DNA of 64,000 bases. Origin: Balanoglossus misakiensis (lineage: Eukaryota > Animalia > Hemichordata). This document shows, one piece after another, positions 35,301 to 50,659 of this stretch (position 1 is its first letter; each line of letters starts with the position of its first letter). Both the position numbers and the translations under genes were made by a program. Where the stretch lies: the NCBI GenBank assembly GCA_040954595.2, contig CM082584.2:6839919-6903918 (forward strand). The letters are read 5' to 3'. The notes below the pieces were generated by a model. It was not told where the DNA came from. It saw only the letters and a list, made by a program, of their open reading frames with translations, and made no database searches.

Positions 35301-38300
35301 TCTAATCAAGCAAATGAGGTCCCTACTAAATATTGGGTTGGTGAGGGACGAACAAAAATAGTTGTTCTTGGGACGTTTTCGCCAATGAGACAGAGATGGT
35401 GAGCACACTACAAGAAGAAGAGTTAGAGCAAAACACTAAGCATCGTTTTATGCATCTTTATACACGTGATGATAAAAAAGGGTCAAAGTTCAAGTGTTAA
35501 ATTCGGAGAGAGATCAAAGAGCACCTATGCAAGCAGAGCGAGGTTTAAGCGATGTTGCTTTTTCAACCAAAAATTCCAAAATAGGAAAAATAAGGAAGCG
35601 GTGATTCCGAGGAAGAGTAATTTTGTCATCAATGGCCACAAACTTGTGTCTTACTCATTCAGAATGTACTAGAGGCACCCGATGCCGAAAGACAATACAG
35701 AACCGTTCTTTCATAAAAGCGGCACGGTATAACGTTTTCCGTTTTGTCATGTTTTGTTTGCGTCATTAATCTTATTACCGTAATCTTTACCGTATTTCTT
35801 TTTGTGCACAGTGCAACAACATGTGTCCTTTTCCTCAACTTGTGAGAGAATGTTATCTTCTTTGGCACATCGTCAAATCCTCAAAGAATGTGCTTACCTC
35901 ATACGAGTATCACTATAAGCTGCAATGGAAAATTTCGAGGGAGAGAGCCAGTACCAGTGACTTAAAAACAGTCTTAATCTTATCCCGTGATTAATTAACC
36001 TTTTCTGCAGATCTATTTGCAGTACAAAATACTATTTCTTGTGAGTTTATGAATTTTCTATAAATTCGTATCTATGGCCGACCTACATTTTGGGAGGGTC
36101 TGTTCGTCCACCTCTTGTTTACGGCATCGCTGATATCAAACTGCAGACTTTCTGACACCACTAGGGTCATCCATTGATCAGGACAATGTCAGGCTAAATT
36201 TGGCACACTTCCCGTGGCAACCCACTACAGCCAGTCAGTTGGTCCGCTTCCAGACACTCGACATCCCCAGTTGACAGGTGACAACAAAATGCAAATTCAG
36301 AAATCATTGCTGGTAGGAAAACGACTCTCTGTGTCCCCACACCCCTGTCAACTTTATATAAAAATACAAAATCGAGGTGAATTTCACTCAAGCAGTTAAA
36401 ATTTACCCGATGTCTGGGTCAGACATAATCTGATTAAAATCAGATGTAGGGTTGGTTCGATCGTTTACCCATGCTGATCCTTGGTTGTTCCATCCGAGAA
36501 CAGAATAGAACAGAACAGAACAACCAAGGACCAAGCAATTGTAAAGATCGAGAAAACACTATATCTGATTTTAATCAGATTGGGTCAGATATTTGTTTCA
36601 GGCATATTGATGAGTATCAAGCTCCGATCCCACATCCATTCTCGAAACACCACAGCTAGTCTGGACAAGAGGAATTTTCCCTCCTGTGAGGCTGTGATGC
36701 TTTGCGAGCCCACCACCAAAGAATTACAACCTTATTGTATGCAAATGTCAACCTTTCACCCCGCGTTTTGAGCTGGACGCAGTCAGGCTTGCTTGGCCTA
36801 CTTTCCGCGCAGAGACGCAAGGTGAAAAAAACACCTGAAAACGAATTAACTGTAGTCAAACCACAGTACAACTTTTGACCAGGACATGACACGTCCATGA
36901 CTTCTAGTTGCACTTGATCAATATTTTTGAGAGCCTGCAATATTACAGTGGCCCTGGCATTGCTGTCAACGTTATCAGTTCATCTCCAAGGAGATTTGAA
37001 CAAAACGACACAAACAGATACTTCATCCCTTAAAAATGCCAAAACGGTTTGTAGTTTTTCAGTACCTAGGCTATATTAATTTACAATGGATAAAGGTCGG
37101 TATTCAGCATTTATAACATTCTGATATCAATTGATAATTTAGAGCATGCTTAAATTACCATGCCATTATGCGGTGATGGTGTTTGCAAGCCAGTCCGGTG
37201 ATACAGATTTTATAACTGCCACATGTGTTTTAATTTAAGGGACATGACTAAAGGTTAAGGTCATGTGATGACTGTATTCATCAATTAACCAATAAGACAA
37301 TCGGGAGGGGGGGGGGGGGACAAACTGGACTTTGAGACTATATACCTATGATTTGTGATGTGTTGGAATTGACTGGGGTAATAAAAGTTCAAGGTCATGG
37401 GAGGATTGTACTTTTGGGTTTGTTTTGATTGTTCAATGAATTGGTGACGATATGGAGAAGTGATATTCTGATATGGAGAAGTGACAGCAAGATGGATGTC
37501 TAAGGATTTGTGCGGGGATGCACTGGGAGTTCAAGGTCACGTGAGGACACACACTGATCAACCGGGGGAGGGGGGTTTGGTTTTAGGATCAGGGGGATTG
37601 AACTGGGGGGAGGATGTTGTGAGGGTGTGACCACTGGCAGCACCTGGGTTTGGGGGAATGACGTGGGTGGGGTTTTTCAGAGACTGTGAGGGCGTCATAG
37701 ATGGACAGATGACTGGGGAGTGTGGGTCACATATGGGGGTGGAAGGATTGTGTGGGTGATGGCGCTGGCGTGTTGAAAAAAGACGTAAACAGGGGGGGGG
37801 GGTTAAGGAGACGCACGGATGATATGGGGGGAGGGGGTGGCTCTTTGAATGGGCATATCTCATGTCAAGCACTTTGGATGGCACAGGTAGAACAGGATAA
37901 GGAGCCCACTGTATGGCAGTCCCCTGATTATAGAGATTAGGTTACAGGAACAGAAGAAAATCTGAGCTTGAAGATTGCTGTGGGTTCTAGGATATATGCC
38001 ATCCTGAGGAGGCCAAATTCTTTGCAGAAGTTGCCATATGGGTTTTGAACATTTAGATATTCAACTGAAAGAGCTCACATACCAACAAGATTCGGTTATT
38101 GCTGAAGCAGTTTTTGCAGTCAGTGCTTTCAAGGTGACATCTTCAGTTCATCCTGCGGACATCGCCAAATGTGGTGACCTCAAGATGACCCCCTATAGAC
38201 ATTACAATACACAGCTGCAACAGTGCAATCTACACCCTCACAGCTGAACTCTGCATAAATACACATTTGGTGTCTCTGGTTCTGCAAGTTTAACTCTCAC

Positions 38301-38636
38301 CTGCAGGGGGCGCACTACTATATTGCGCTTTGGATGAAAAAGAACTACATAATCTATATATGATGACAGGAATATATCTTGTGACTTTAAGAAATAAAAA
38401 AATGTACCAAAATATTACATACAGTTAAGTACAGGTCATTCCACGAACTTTTTATATACAAATGTACAGTTATCAATATTGTATCCAAATATTCAAACGA
38501 AATGAATAAAAAATTACAACAACATATTTCTAATATGAATTAAACATTTACAATAACTATCACCAAATAAATTTGGAAAATCTGAAAATAAGCATGCCAA
38601 TATAAAGATGCTCCAAATAGCATTGCTGCTGCTAAT

Positions 38637-41697
<3,061 letters not shown>

Positions 41698-42255
41698 TTT
41701 GAATGTTCCCGGGAAGGATTCAAAATATCAAATGAGGGTTTTAAAACGGATCGTTGATGTTGTATCAGTTTCGCCGGTCCCACGTCAACTGGAAACTGCA
41801 CAGTGACCTGGCTATCAGCTGTGTGCCACCCTTGAAACGTGTCCTCATCTGTGACAAACCCAACATTCATGAAACCATTGGACTTGCGTTGCTTTGGTCG
41901 TTTTCAGCGATTTTCACGGAAGTAACCACTTGGATTTGTTTGGCAGTGTTGCTATCGTGTACAGTTAGCATGCGCGAGCTATGGCATTATGGGTAGGGAT
42001 ACCCTTTGGGCAAAACTATTTTGGAAGGGGAAGCAGCTTACAAATGGTATTATGTATCAGACGTTATAATCAGTCCGACTGAGAAATTCGCCAGCATATT
42101 AGTGTGAATATGGCGATAAAATCAAAGGAATTCAATGTTCATGGACAATAAACATTATTAACTTAAACGTAGCAAATGTGATTCATGAACAAGTCAAAAT
42201 AGCATCCCCATTGAAGATTACAGGTCGCGCGTTCTGAAAGCGGACAAAAATCAAA
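41698..42255. promoter_or_regulatory. Shared bidirectional promoter and 5' UTRs of ARMH1 and TMEM53
   Basis: 558 bp between divergent ATGs. ETS-like CGGAAGT near 41918, ZNF143/Staf-like CTACCCATAATGCC (minus strand, 41996-41983) and YY1-like AAAATGGC over the TMEM53 ATG. Confidence 0.6.
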
Positions 42256-43134
42256 ATGGCTGATGTCAGTGATGAAATTGAGAACGAAGGCGAAGAGCTG
42301 GAATTTCATGTAACATTTCCACCTGCGCTCTCTCCAGAAGATGGCGGTGAAGAGGGCAACGACAACGGTGTGGACCTTCAAGAGAAGGCGGCTGAACCGG
42401 TGGTAATACTTCTCGGATGGGCAGGCTGCCTGGACAAGCACCTCGTCAAATACAGCGCGATCTACCAGCAACAGCGACTTACAACTATCCGATACAGTTT
42501 GCCCATGGAGGACACTTTCTTCAGGCCGGGAAAACCAAAGGAGATGGCGCGCAAAATCGTCGAGCTGATCTTTGATCTTGGACTGGAGGATAGCCTTATA
42601 ATCTTTCACGTGTTCAGCAACGCCGGCGGGTTCCTCTATCGCAGTATCACTGAAATCGTCCATGGCCCGAAGGAGAGCGAGCTGTCAACTATCAAAATAG
42701 GAGGGGTCATATTTGACAGTTCCCCGGCCCACACCACCCTCACCAACGCGTTCAGAGCCGTGGTGAACGGCATGCAAGCAAACTTTTTCATCAGGTACGC
42801 ATTCGCCATGTTCTTCGTGCTAACCCAGTGGTTTGCAGGGATAGTCGGGCTGTTGATTCCACCGCTGCGCCTGTGGGGATCCGGATTCCAAGGCTATATG
42901 GGCGACCTGGAAAACGACGAGGGGCGGTACCCCCAACTGTTTCTCTACACCAAGGCAGACGCCGTCGTGCCGTTCAACGACATTGAGACTTTCGCCGAGC
43001 ACCGTCGGAAATTGGGCGTGCCTGTCCGCCAGGTGTTTTGGGAGGATTCCGCCCACTGCAGTCTTCTCGTGAATCACCGAGAGGAATACATCAACCAGTG
43101 CGTTCAGTTTATCAATGACTGCTTGAAAACATAA
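42256..43134 (+). CDS. TMEM53: Transmembrane protein 53 (DUF829 alpha/beta hydrolase fold), intronless CDS, 292 aa
   Basis: PVVILLGWAGCLDKHLVKYSAIY, IFHVFSNAG, GVIFDSSP, PQLFLYTKAD, WEDSAHCS...HREEY are TMEM53 hallmarks. Confidence 0.93.
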   Translation: MADVSDEIENEGEELEFHVTFPPALSPEDGGEEGNDNGVDLQEKAAEPVVILLGWAGCLDKHLVKYSAIYQQQRLTTIRYSLPMEDTFFRPGKPKEMARKIVELIFDLGLEDSLIIFHVFSNAGGFLYRSITEIVHGPKESELSTIKIGGVIFDSSPAHTTLTNAFRAVVNGMQANFFIRYAFAMFFVLTQWFAGIVGLLIPPLRLWGSGFQGYMGDLENDEGRYPQLFLYTKADAVVPFNDIETFAEHRRKLGVPVRQVFWEDSAHCSLLVNHREEYINQCVQFINDCLKT

Positions 43135-45566
43135 TTACCAACGAGCAAAAGGAACATCACAAAAAATGGACATTGGAGAAAGCGATGATGCATCTGAATG
43201 ATGACTATAATAAAGTTATCTTAAATCTTTTGGTGATAAGAAAAAAAAGGATTCGAATATTATTTGAGTGGTATACGTAACATATAATATCTTTTTGGCC
43301 AAACAAGCAAGATGGTCACTATCTTGACTAAGATAAGAATTAATATCTTACAATATCTACTGATTCATCTGCGCAGTTGATCTTGTAAGATGCAACCTTC
43401 TTTGTGAAGATAATGGGCATTCTTAATTAAGTTAAAGGATCCAGGTGTGTGTTCAAGTTGTGTGATAAAAATGAGTTTTAAGGGGCATTGTGAATGAATT
43501 TGAAACCTGCACGAGTTGAGTGAACCTTAGGTAAATTGACCGAGCTGCAAATCAGCAATCTAATTGTCTTATAGTAGTTTTCTAGTCAGATCAGAAGGAT
43601 CGTTTGTGTTATCTGTTGGGTGTGCATTTTGCATAATAACCCATCCTGATATTTGTTCTGCTACTGATCACACCAACATTACACTTTTGCAGTCCATCAT
43701 AGAAACTGACACATGCCAAATACTGTTCATTTCAGTGCTGGTACTGCAAAAGAAAATTTCAATATGCAAAGTCAAAATGCCTCTGCTTCATTTGCTTACT
43801 AGTAGTTAGTATGATTGATATTGTCAAGTCCTCGCTGACATTTCTGTCTACCTATAAATCTGTAGCATTTATAAGATTCACTTGATTTTTATGCACACAA
43901 AGTTACTGATGGGTGTCTTGCCCTAAACAAGATTTTTGGTTTTAATAATCTGTTAAATCAGTGCCTACATGACAATCCCTGTAAACACAGGGCTCACATA
44001 CGCTCAATTGAAATTGGTAATGTTTTAAAAATTTCAAGGAAAGTTCGAGGGAAAAAATTAGTTTACTCCAACCCATAGATATTCAACAATCCGGAAAAAG
44101 TCACAGTACATTCAGATTTATTCCATGACAGTTCACATTCACATCCTCCCATACAATGTAAAAATAGCAATTTTGACCTTGGATACCCTTTGAAAATGGC
44201 CAAAACTCACTGAAAAGTCTTGCAAATTGAAGTAATTTTAATTGTATGGGTTACATCAATAAGCATAACATTCCACACTGCATTGCAGGATAAATGCATC
44301 AAATTATGTCCATTTCACTTTTGTAATACTAATTTTGGAATTACTTAGATGGGCCATTGCCAAATCTCCAATACTGGAACATTCCAAGTTATTGGCCTAG
44401 TTTACTTAAGGTTGTGTTATCAAAATCAAGCATTTAAAGTTTTTTAGTCATATAACCCTGGTCCCATAAATTATTTTTAATAGCTACACATACTTACTAA
44501 GGTGCTACATACTGAAGGTCCACTGTACTTTTAAGTTTCCGTCCAATAATGTGCTATTGTGCATCAATACTTGCATTAAAACATTATATTAATCTCTTTA
44601 CCAAATTTATAATCTTAAATGTCATGAATGTTTATATTGTGTGTACTTATATTCTGTATATGCATGTTATGATGTACTTATTTCAAGTAGCAAACTTGTT
44701 GATTGTTAAAAGCTGTTTTCAAGATTCAGAAGTGTATTTGTGTGGGATTTCGTTATAGAATGTTTGTGAGGCACTGGCTTGGTTAGATTCTCCCATTGTA
44801 TCAGTTTCACTTTCGAGTTTATAAATAGAAATTATTTGTGTGGAAGTAAATTGCACTTAACAGCTCAAATCAACTATCACAATTTGTGCGACATAATTCT
44901 ACCTAGATGTTAACCAGGCATAATTTTTTATTACTTTCAAAATCACAGCAATGTTTTAGATTTCAGCATTCCTATGTTAAAGCGTTCATCATGTCGAGTG
45001 TGTTGTGAAAAAAGAGAATTTCTTATTTAAAGAAAGTTGCAATTGCCTCCTTGTGTCTTTATTATCAGTCATTACAGGCCTACGGTACTCATGCACTCCT
45101 TACCACTGTTTGGTAGCGAAAGGGACCGCAAGGGTTACTTCTTAGCTTGCCTTGATAAATTTACAACCACTTAACTTGATTACTGTACTTAAAGAAATAA
45201 AAGAACTCTTCCCATTGTTTATTGTCAAAATAGCTACAGTACAAAATTGTTTCACTACCATTTGTTATATCTAACCACTACATTTATGAACGAAATTCCC
45301 GATAACCACTACATTTGTCACAGTAATCAATATTAAGCTCTTTTACTGTATATGAAAGGAAATACATCATTTATGCTCTAATTCCAAATCACCGCTGTTA
45401 GACTCTTTGAGCCTGTGAATTTTGTAAATGCTATCATATCAGGACAAAATGTGCGTTTATATTTTCCGGTGGACATCTATATTAACCCCACCATCTTCAT
45501 TGCAATGTGTCAACTTTTTTATGTGGAAAGGCGCCCTCAAAGGACTACAGGCACAAGGAGTGTAGC

Positions 45567-46415
45567 TCAGAGGAGACTCTGAATTTCTTTGTCGCACGGC
45601 GACGAAGCACCGGCTCCCGCGTACGTGCCTTGAATGTCATTCATGATTGCCAAGGTGAAGCTTTCGCCAAAGACAAACGCCCCAACGACGATGAAAATGA
45701 AACCTATGACGAGCAGGAATCTGTTGACGTGGACGCTAGTCGTCGATTTCTGAAGTCCACACTGAAACAAGCATAATCCTGGAAAATAAAATGATAGAAA
45801 AAAGGTATATAATTTTAAGACTGGATGTTTAGTTTCCATGTTCTGATGCTGGCCTGAAAACTCCCTCAGTCCTTTATATTGGGTGTACTACACAATCTCT
45901 GACCACAACCATTGGCACCAGGATAATCTACCGGAGACAGGACATGCAAGGCATTGTAAATATGGGTTTCCCTCATAGTGTACAATATAGCGCAATGTAT
46001 GCCTCACCTGGAAAGAAGAGAATGAACGCGGCCGCAAAGGCTCCGACGACCGAGATGATCATCATGATGTTCGGGATGAACAGCGCGGCCAGCAGCGTGA
46101 TGGTGAACCACAGCAACGTGACGGTGACTCGATAATATTTCTCTTTGTACACCACAATGTAGGTCAGCAATCCGCCGCAGTCCTTCAAAATTCCCTGCAG
46201 TGCAGCCCTGAGGCAGAGAAGAAATGCGTTTTAAAATTTCATTTTGTGATATCTGTAAAGATTCAGAGTTCCACAGAAATGATATGTCTCATTTGGTCAA
46301 CAAAGTGCAGAAAATTTAACTAAATCTTTCACATACATAATACATACATACATACATACATACATACATACATACATACATACATACATACTAGTACATA
46401 CATACATACATACAT

Positions 46416-46450
<35 letters not shown>

Positions 46451-48634
46451 TACAAATACATGTACATACATACCTGGCACAGTAGTGTATGATGGGATAG
46501 GTTGCGAGTAATGAAATCACCAACATGATTCGGGCCACAGTGACCTTGATGTCGCCAGTCTCGTACGACAGTAAGATGTCACTTTGTACGTTGTTCCCGA
46601 AAGTCAGGTAACCGTAGACACCAGTGACTGTGTAAATGGCGAAGATGACAGTGAATCCTAAGACGACCACTTTGGAGTATTCTCTCAGGCTGCGATTTTT
46701 CAAGGTGCAGTAGACAGGAACAGAGCTCATGTGAGTCTGAAAAGAAATTGCGGGGACAGGGTATATAAGAAAACCAACAGAGTTCAATGGATCTCATATT
46801 TTTTACGAGAAACATCAACTGGACCAATTCCAAATGTAGATATTGATTACTAAAGACCATCATAAATGACCTCACCTGGAAGGCAAAGAAAAACACAGGT
46901 AACGCCACAAAAATGTCCCTCCAGGACGAGGGTTTGGTCGTGATGGGACCTCTATTGGAGATATCAGTCACGTAATACTGAACTATTATGATTATAGCTA
47001 CGTAGCTATTGGCCAGGGCACCGAAGAAACTGAAATTGAAACAAATAACTTTACGCTTGTGACAGTCAAATAAAAAAAATTCAGGTACGTACCATAAATT
47101 ATGAAATAAAAGTATTTGTATGCAAATGTGGTGCATGTACTTCCTTTTGGTAAACATACACATTCAGGTTGAACTCAGTGTGTGGACAGGAAATAGCAAG
47201 ATTCCTTATAAAACGAGTACCTGGTAAAAACCTTGGGTATTTTTCCTGATGAAAGTTTTAAGGTTGATATACAAATTTCTCACCTGGAATATTTTAATAC
47301 TTCAATTTTTGCCGGGAAACACAGTGGCAAGATAAACAGAATTGACGAAACTGCAACAGTGAACTTCCGTTGTAAGAACCAGTGTTCGCAGTAGTAATGT
47401 GTTGTGAAGATCAACTCCATCACTGAAATCAAATTATGCAAAACAGTCATGCAAATTACAATCTACCATTCAGGCCTAAACCATGATATATGGAGGAATT
47501 TTGATAACTTCAAAGGTACATGAGATAGGTGGCATATTCTAGTCAGTCCAACCTAGGCTACCTGTGGAAATACACAAGTGAAGATAAGATGGGGTACTAA
47601 ACCATTTTGACAAACATGACATTTATATACACTTTCCAGGGGTAACCATGACATCATTTTTACACAAGTAAGTGAGGTGGTGTAAATGAGAAAAATGAGC
47701 TCACCTTTATCAAACTGGTCTCCCAGGACAACAAGATACGTTATGCAGCTTCCAAGACCATAACCCAAAATCACCACCAGACATGCCAATTTGACCCGGT
47801 TGCCACACACAGATGCCACAGCCGTCTCAAACGTAATAGTTTGGTGTATATCGGAGCAATATGCCAGAACCAGGAGACTTATTCCAGCACAGATAACGAT
47901 GATCTGAATACAATGAACATATTTAAATTTAAAATGGGGAAAATATCAAATTTACAGTATTTCTGAGAATTGAAAAAAATGGCATTTATTTGATTCTGAT
48001 TGATTACTGAGTGAAGTTTACTGGTCCAGAGATGACATATTGGCACAATTTTAGTGGTGATATTTTGAAATGTACTATGCCCGATTTAAAAAGTTTAGTT
48101 ATTTTTTGTACTAATGAGACTTCATTTCCACCATGGTTCAGCCCAAACCTACTAGTATTGTTTTCTATGGTAAAGTTAGACCTCTATGGAGGGCTCTGGG
48201 GGTGAAAAGATTAATGGAGAGAGGATGACCTCTCACTGAATGAATCATTTCCTTGAAACCATGGTCATGGTCATCTTCATACCACCATCTCCCTTGCACT
48301 CCACGCCGGCACTTACCACTTGTAACGTGATGCAGACAACAATTCCGCCGGCAGCTCCATAAATAGCCGGAAATGCGAGCATCCCCGCCCCGATGCACGC
48401 CTTGATCATGATGAGCGCCGCCCCAAACACGGAGTTCTTTCCAGTGCGGTAGGACTCCTCGTAGGAGCTCGACGAGATCAACCTCGGCGTGACGGGCGAC
48501 GGCCCGGTGGACCCGCTGCTGAGCAGTAAATTGTTGTCATGGTAAACTGTATCTTTGAGAAGAGGCGACGCTTCGCTGGGCTCGCCGAACACATGCGCCA
48601 CGGGATCTCCGAGAGTGGCTTGCTGGACAGACAT
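45567..48634 (-). CDS. SLC38A7: SLC38A7/SNAT7-like amino acid transporter, 494 aa. Exons 48634-48317, 47903-47705, 47422-47284, 47029-46876, 46736-46474, 46207-46008, 45778-45567
   Basis: Phase-consistent 1,485-nt model. N-terminal dileucine-type EASPLL; ACIGAGMLAFP; GSCITYLVVLGDQFDK; ILPLCFP; FAFQTHMSSVPVY; GYLTFG; GAFVFGES. An SLC38A8 or lineage-specific paralogue is not excluded. Confidence 0.82.
46332..46472. repeat. (TACA)n/(CA)n microsatellite at the start of SLC38A7 intron 5
   Basis: Read directly from the sequence. Confidence 0.9.
48120..48214 (+). mobile_element. ~95-bp piggyBac-like MITE, copy 3
   Basis: ccaccatggttcagcccaaacc...ttgttttctatggtaaagttagacctcta...ggggtgaaaagaTTAA. 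Confidence 0.6.
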
Positions 48635-48845
48635 TGTCCTGAGCGATAACTACATGTATGGTGACCTTAAATGACCTCGAAGGAAACTCGGGGATTGTTT
48701 TTCTCCGCCGGCCGCGGCACCGTATCCTTCCGGTATCGCAATAGATGACAATTTTAGTAGTACAATGAATTATTACGCCATGGTCACACAAGCTAGATTG
48801 GAACCCACGCAAAATTGAGTGAAAGTTCTACAAGTACACGAGTTC

Positions 48846-49050
48846 GGATCTGGTTCTCTTAGTGGACACGACTATACTCCACGGGCGATAATATGTTTTT
48901 TTAGGGTTAGGGTTAGGAGGGTTAGGGTTAGGGTTAAATTCACCCTCACATTGCCACCCCTAACCCTCCTAACCCTAACCCTAACTCACCCTCATTGCCA
49001 TGGTATCGTTGCCATGGGGTATAGTCGTGTCCACTAAGAGAACCAGATCC
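48846..49050. mobile_element. 205-bp palindromic MITE with internal TTAGGG/CCCTAA repeats and 9-bp TSD (Mutator/MULE-like)
   Basis: 32-bp perfect TIR GGATCTGGTTCTCTTAGTGGACACGACTATAC; direct repeat CACGAGTTC at 48837-48845 and 49051-49059. Confidence 0.9.
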
Positions 49051-50659
49051 CACGAGTTCTACAAGTACACGTTACTCACACGAGTGTGAGTAGCGCGCGA
49101 TAGCGTAGCTTACACTGAAGTTCCCAGGTCACGAATACCGTGGCCGTTAAATTTTCTATAGGAATATCTATAGAGATGTCAGTAGCTTACAATTTCGAAG
49201 AGTCATGGTCCAACAGCAGTCGCATAACTACACACACACGTCCTGCGACTCCAAGGCTAGGCGTCGTCCAAAAGTAAAGCGAAACTTCAAGTCAGGTGAC
49301 TTTGTCATGTGACGCAGTGTTCTTTTTGTGACGCTTGGTGGCGCTTTGTTAAAGGTATACGGTCACCTATGGAAATCTAGCTACAGTTACCATGGTAAAC
49401 TTGAGATCTATCCAATCACAGATTTTCAGTGGGTGGCTCACGCGAAAAAAGAGCGCCACCATATGTTCTTTAGAACCCTCAAATACACCATTTCAGCCAT
49501 ACATGGGCGTGACGGTATATTGCTCATCTCACTCTCGAGCTCTCATCCCCGGCTCTCTCCCTCATGATCCTATCATGTGTCGGGCATTTGCGTGATTTCT
49601 GGTGTTTTAGAGGGGCAGTGCAGTGTGAACGACACGAATTCGTCTGTTCTGTAAAAGGGCGCAAACTTGAAAACGTGTCATACCGTTGTCATCCCGTGTG
49701 GTCATGCCTTTCATCTGAATATGGGAAGGAAAACGATTTTATTGCTTTAGTCCCCCGCCCCTATGCTATCATGTGCGCGCTTGGTTTATCCACAGTGTGT
49801 GGTTTATCTTCGGTAATTGACACAGTGAATTTTGCAGCTAGCTTACACAGCCCTACCAATTGGTATATTGGCACTTTCTGGTGATCTTGTGTCAGTGGCT
49901 GATTTTATTAGTGACTTTGTTCAGAATTTCAAAGCTTACACTAAAGAAACGTGTAAAAAATCAACTTTTTCGACAAAAGTCCACTGGAAAATAGGAATTT
50001 TGAGGGAGTAAACTTGTCGTTTACAATAAACATCTCGTCCTTCATGAATTCCACGACAATACTAGTCACTGAACTCCGAGCGAAGCGATCAGTCTATAAA
50101 CTGTAGACTCGCGACACAATCCCATGCGACTGTGACTCGCGAAGCGAAGACGATTGATGTATAAAGCGTTGACTGCAGCGGATATTCCTTGACCCCAGTC
50201 AACTTTACATCTGCAAATTAAACTTCGCCGCGTCTGATTCATCGGTGATAAAACATGTTTGTTGTGAGCATTTATTGCCTGGATACGAGTCACCGCATGT
50301 AATTTTGCCGAGAAAATTGTCTGCGCACGTTAGTGTCAGGGATGGATCACTTCGTACTGGGAGTATGGAAAATTGGGGACGGTTCGAGATGCGAATACCT
50401 TGTAATCATGATGTATGGGACCATCGTCATTGCAGAAGACGACTTTCAGCTACGAACATCTGAATGCGTAAAGAAACTCAACCCAAAGCCCCCCGCATAC
50501 AAAATTGTCCATCCCTTATCATTCTAACACAGATGCAAATAAATTCACAGAACGCATGCTCAGTGAGAAGACTATAAGGAGCTGAACTTCGGATTGTGGG
50601 GTCGTAGTTTGGCTCGCGAAGGCTCTCCGGCGGTACGGTATACCTCGAAATCGCCTACA

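Noticed and set aside
48900-48985. Ancient telomere-telomere fusion site
   Set aside because: Only a few repeats, enclosed by perfect TIRs and a 9-bp TSD; a transposon explains it better.
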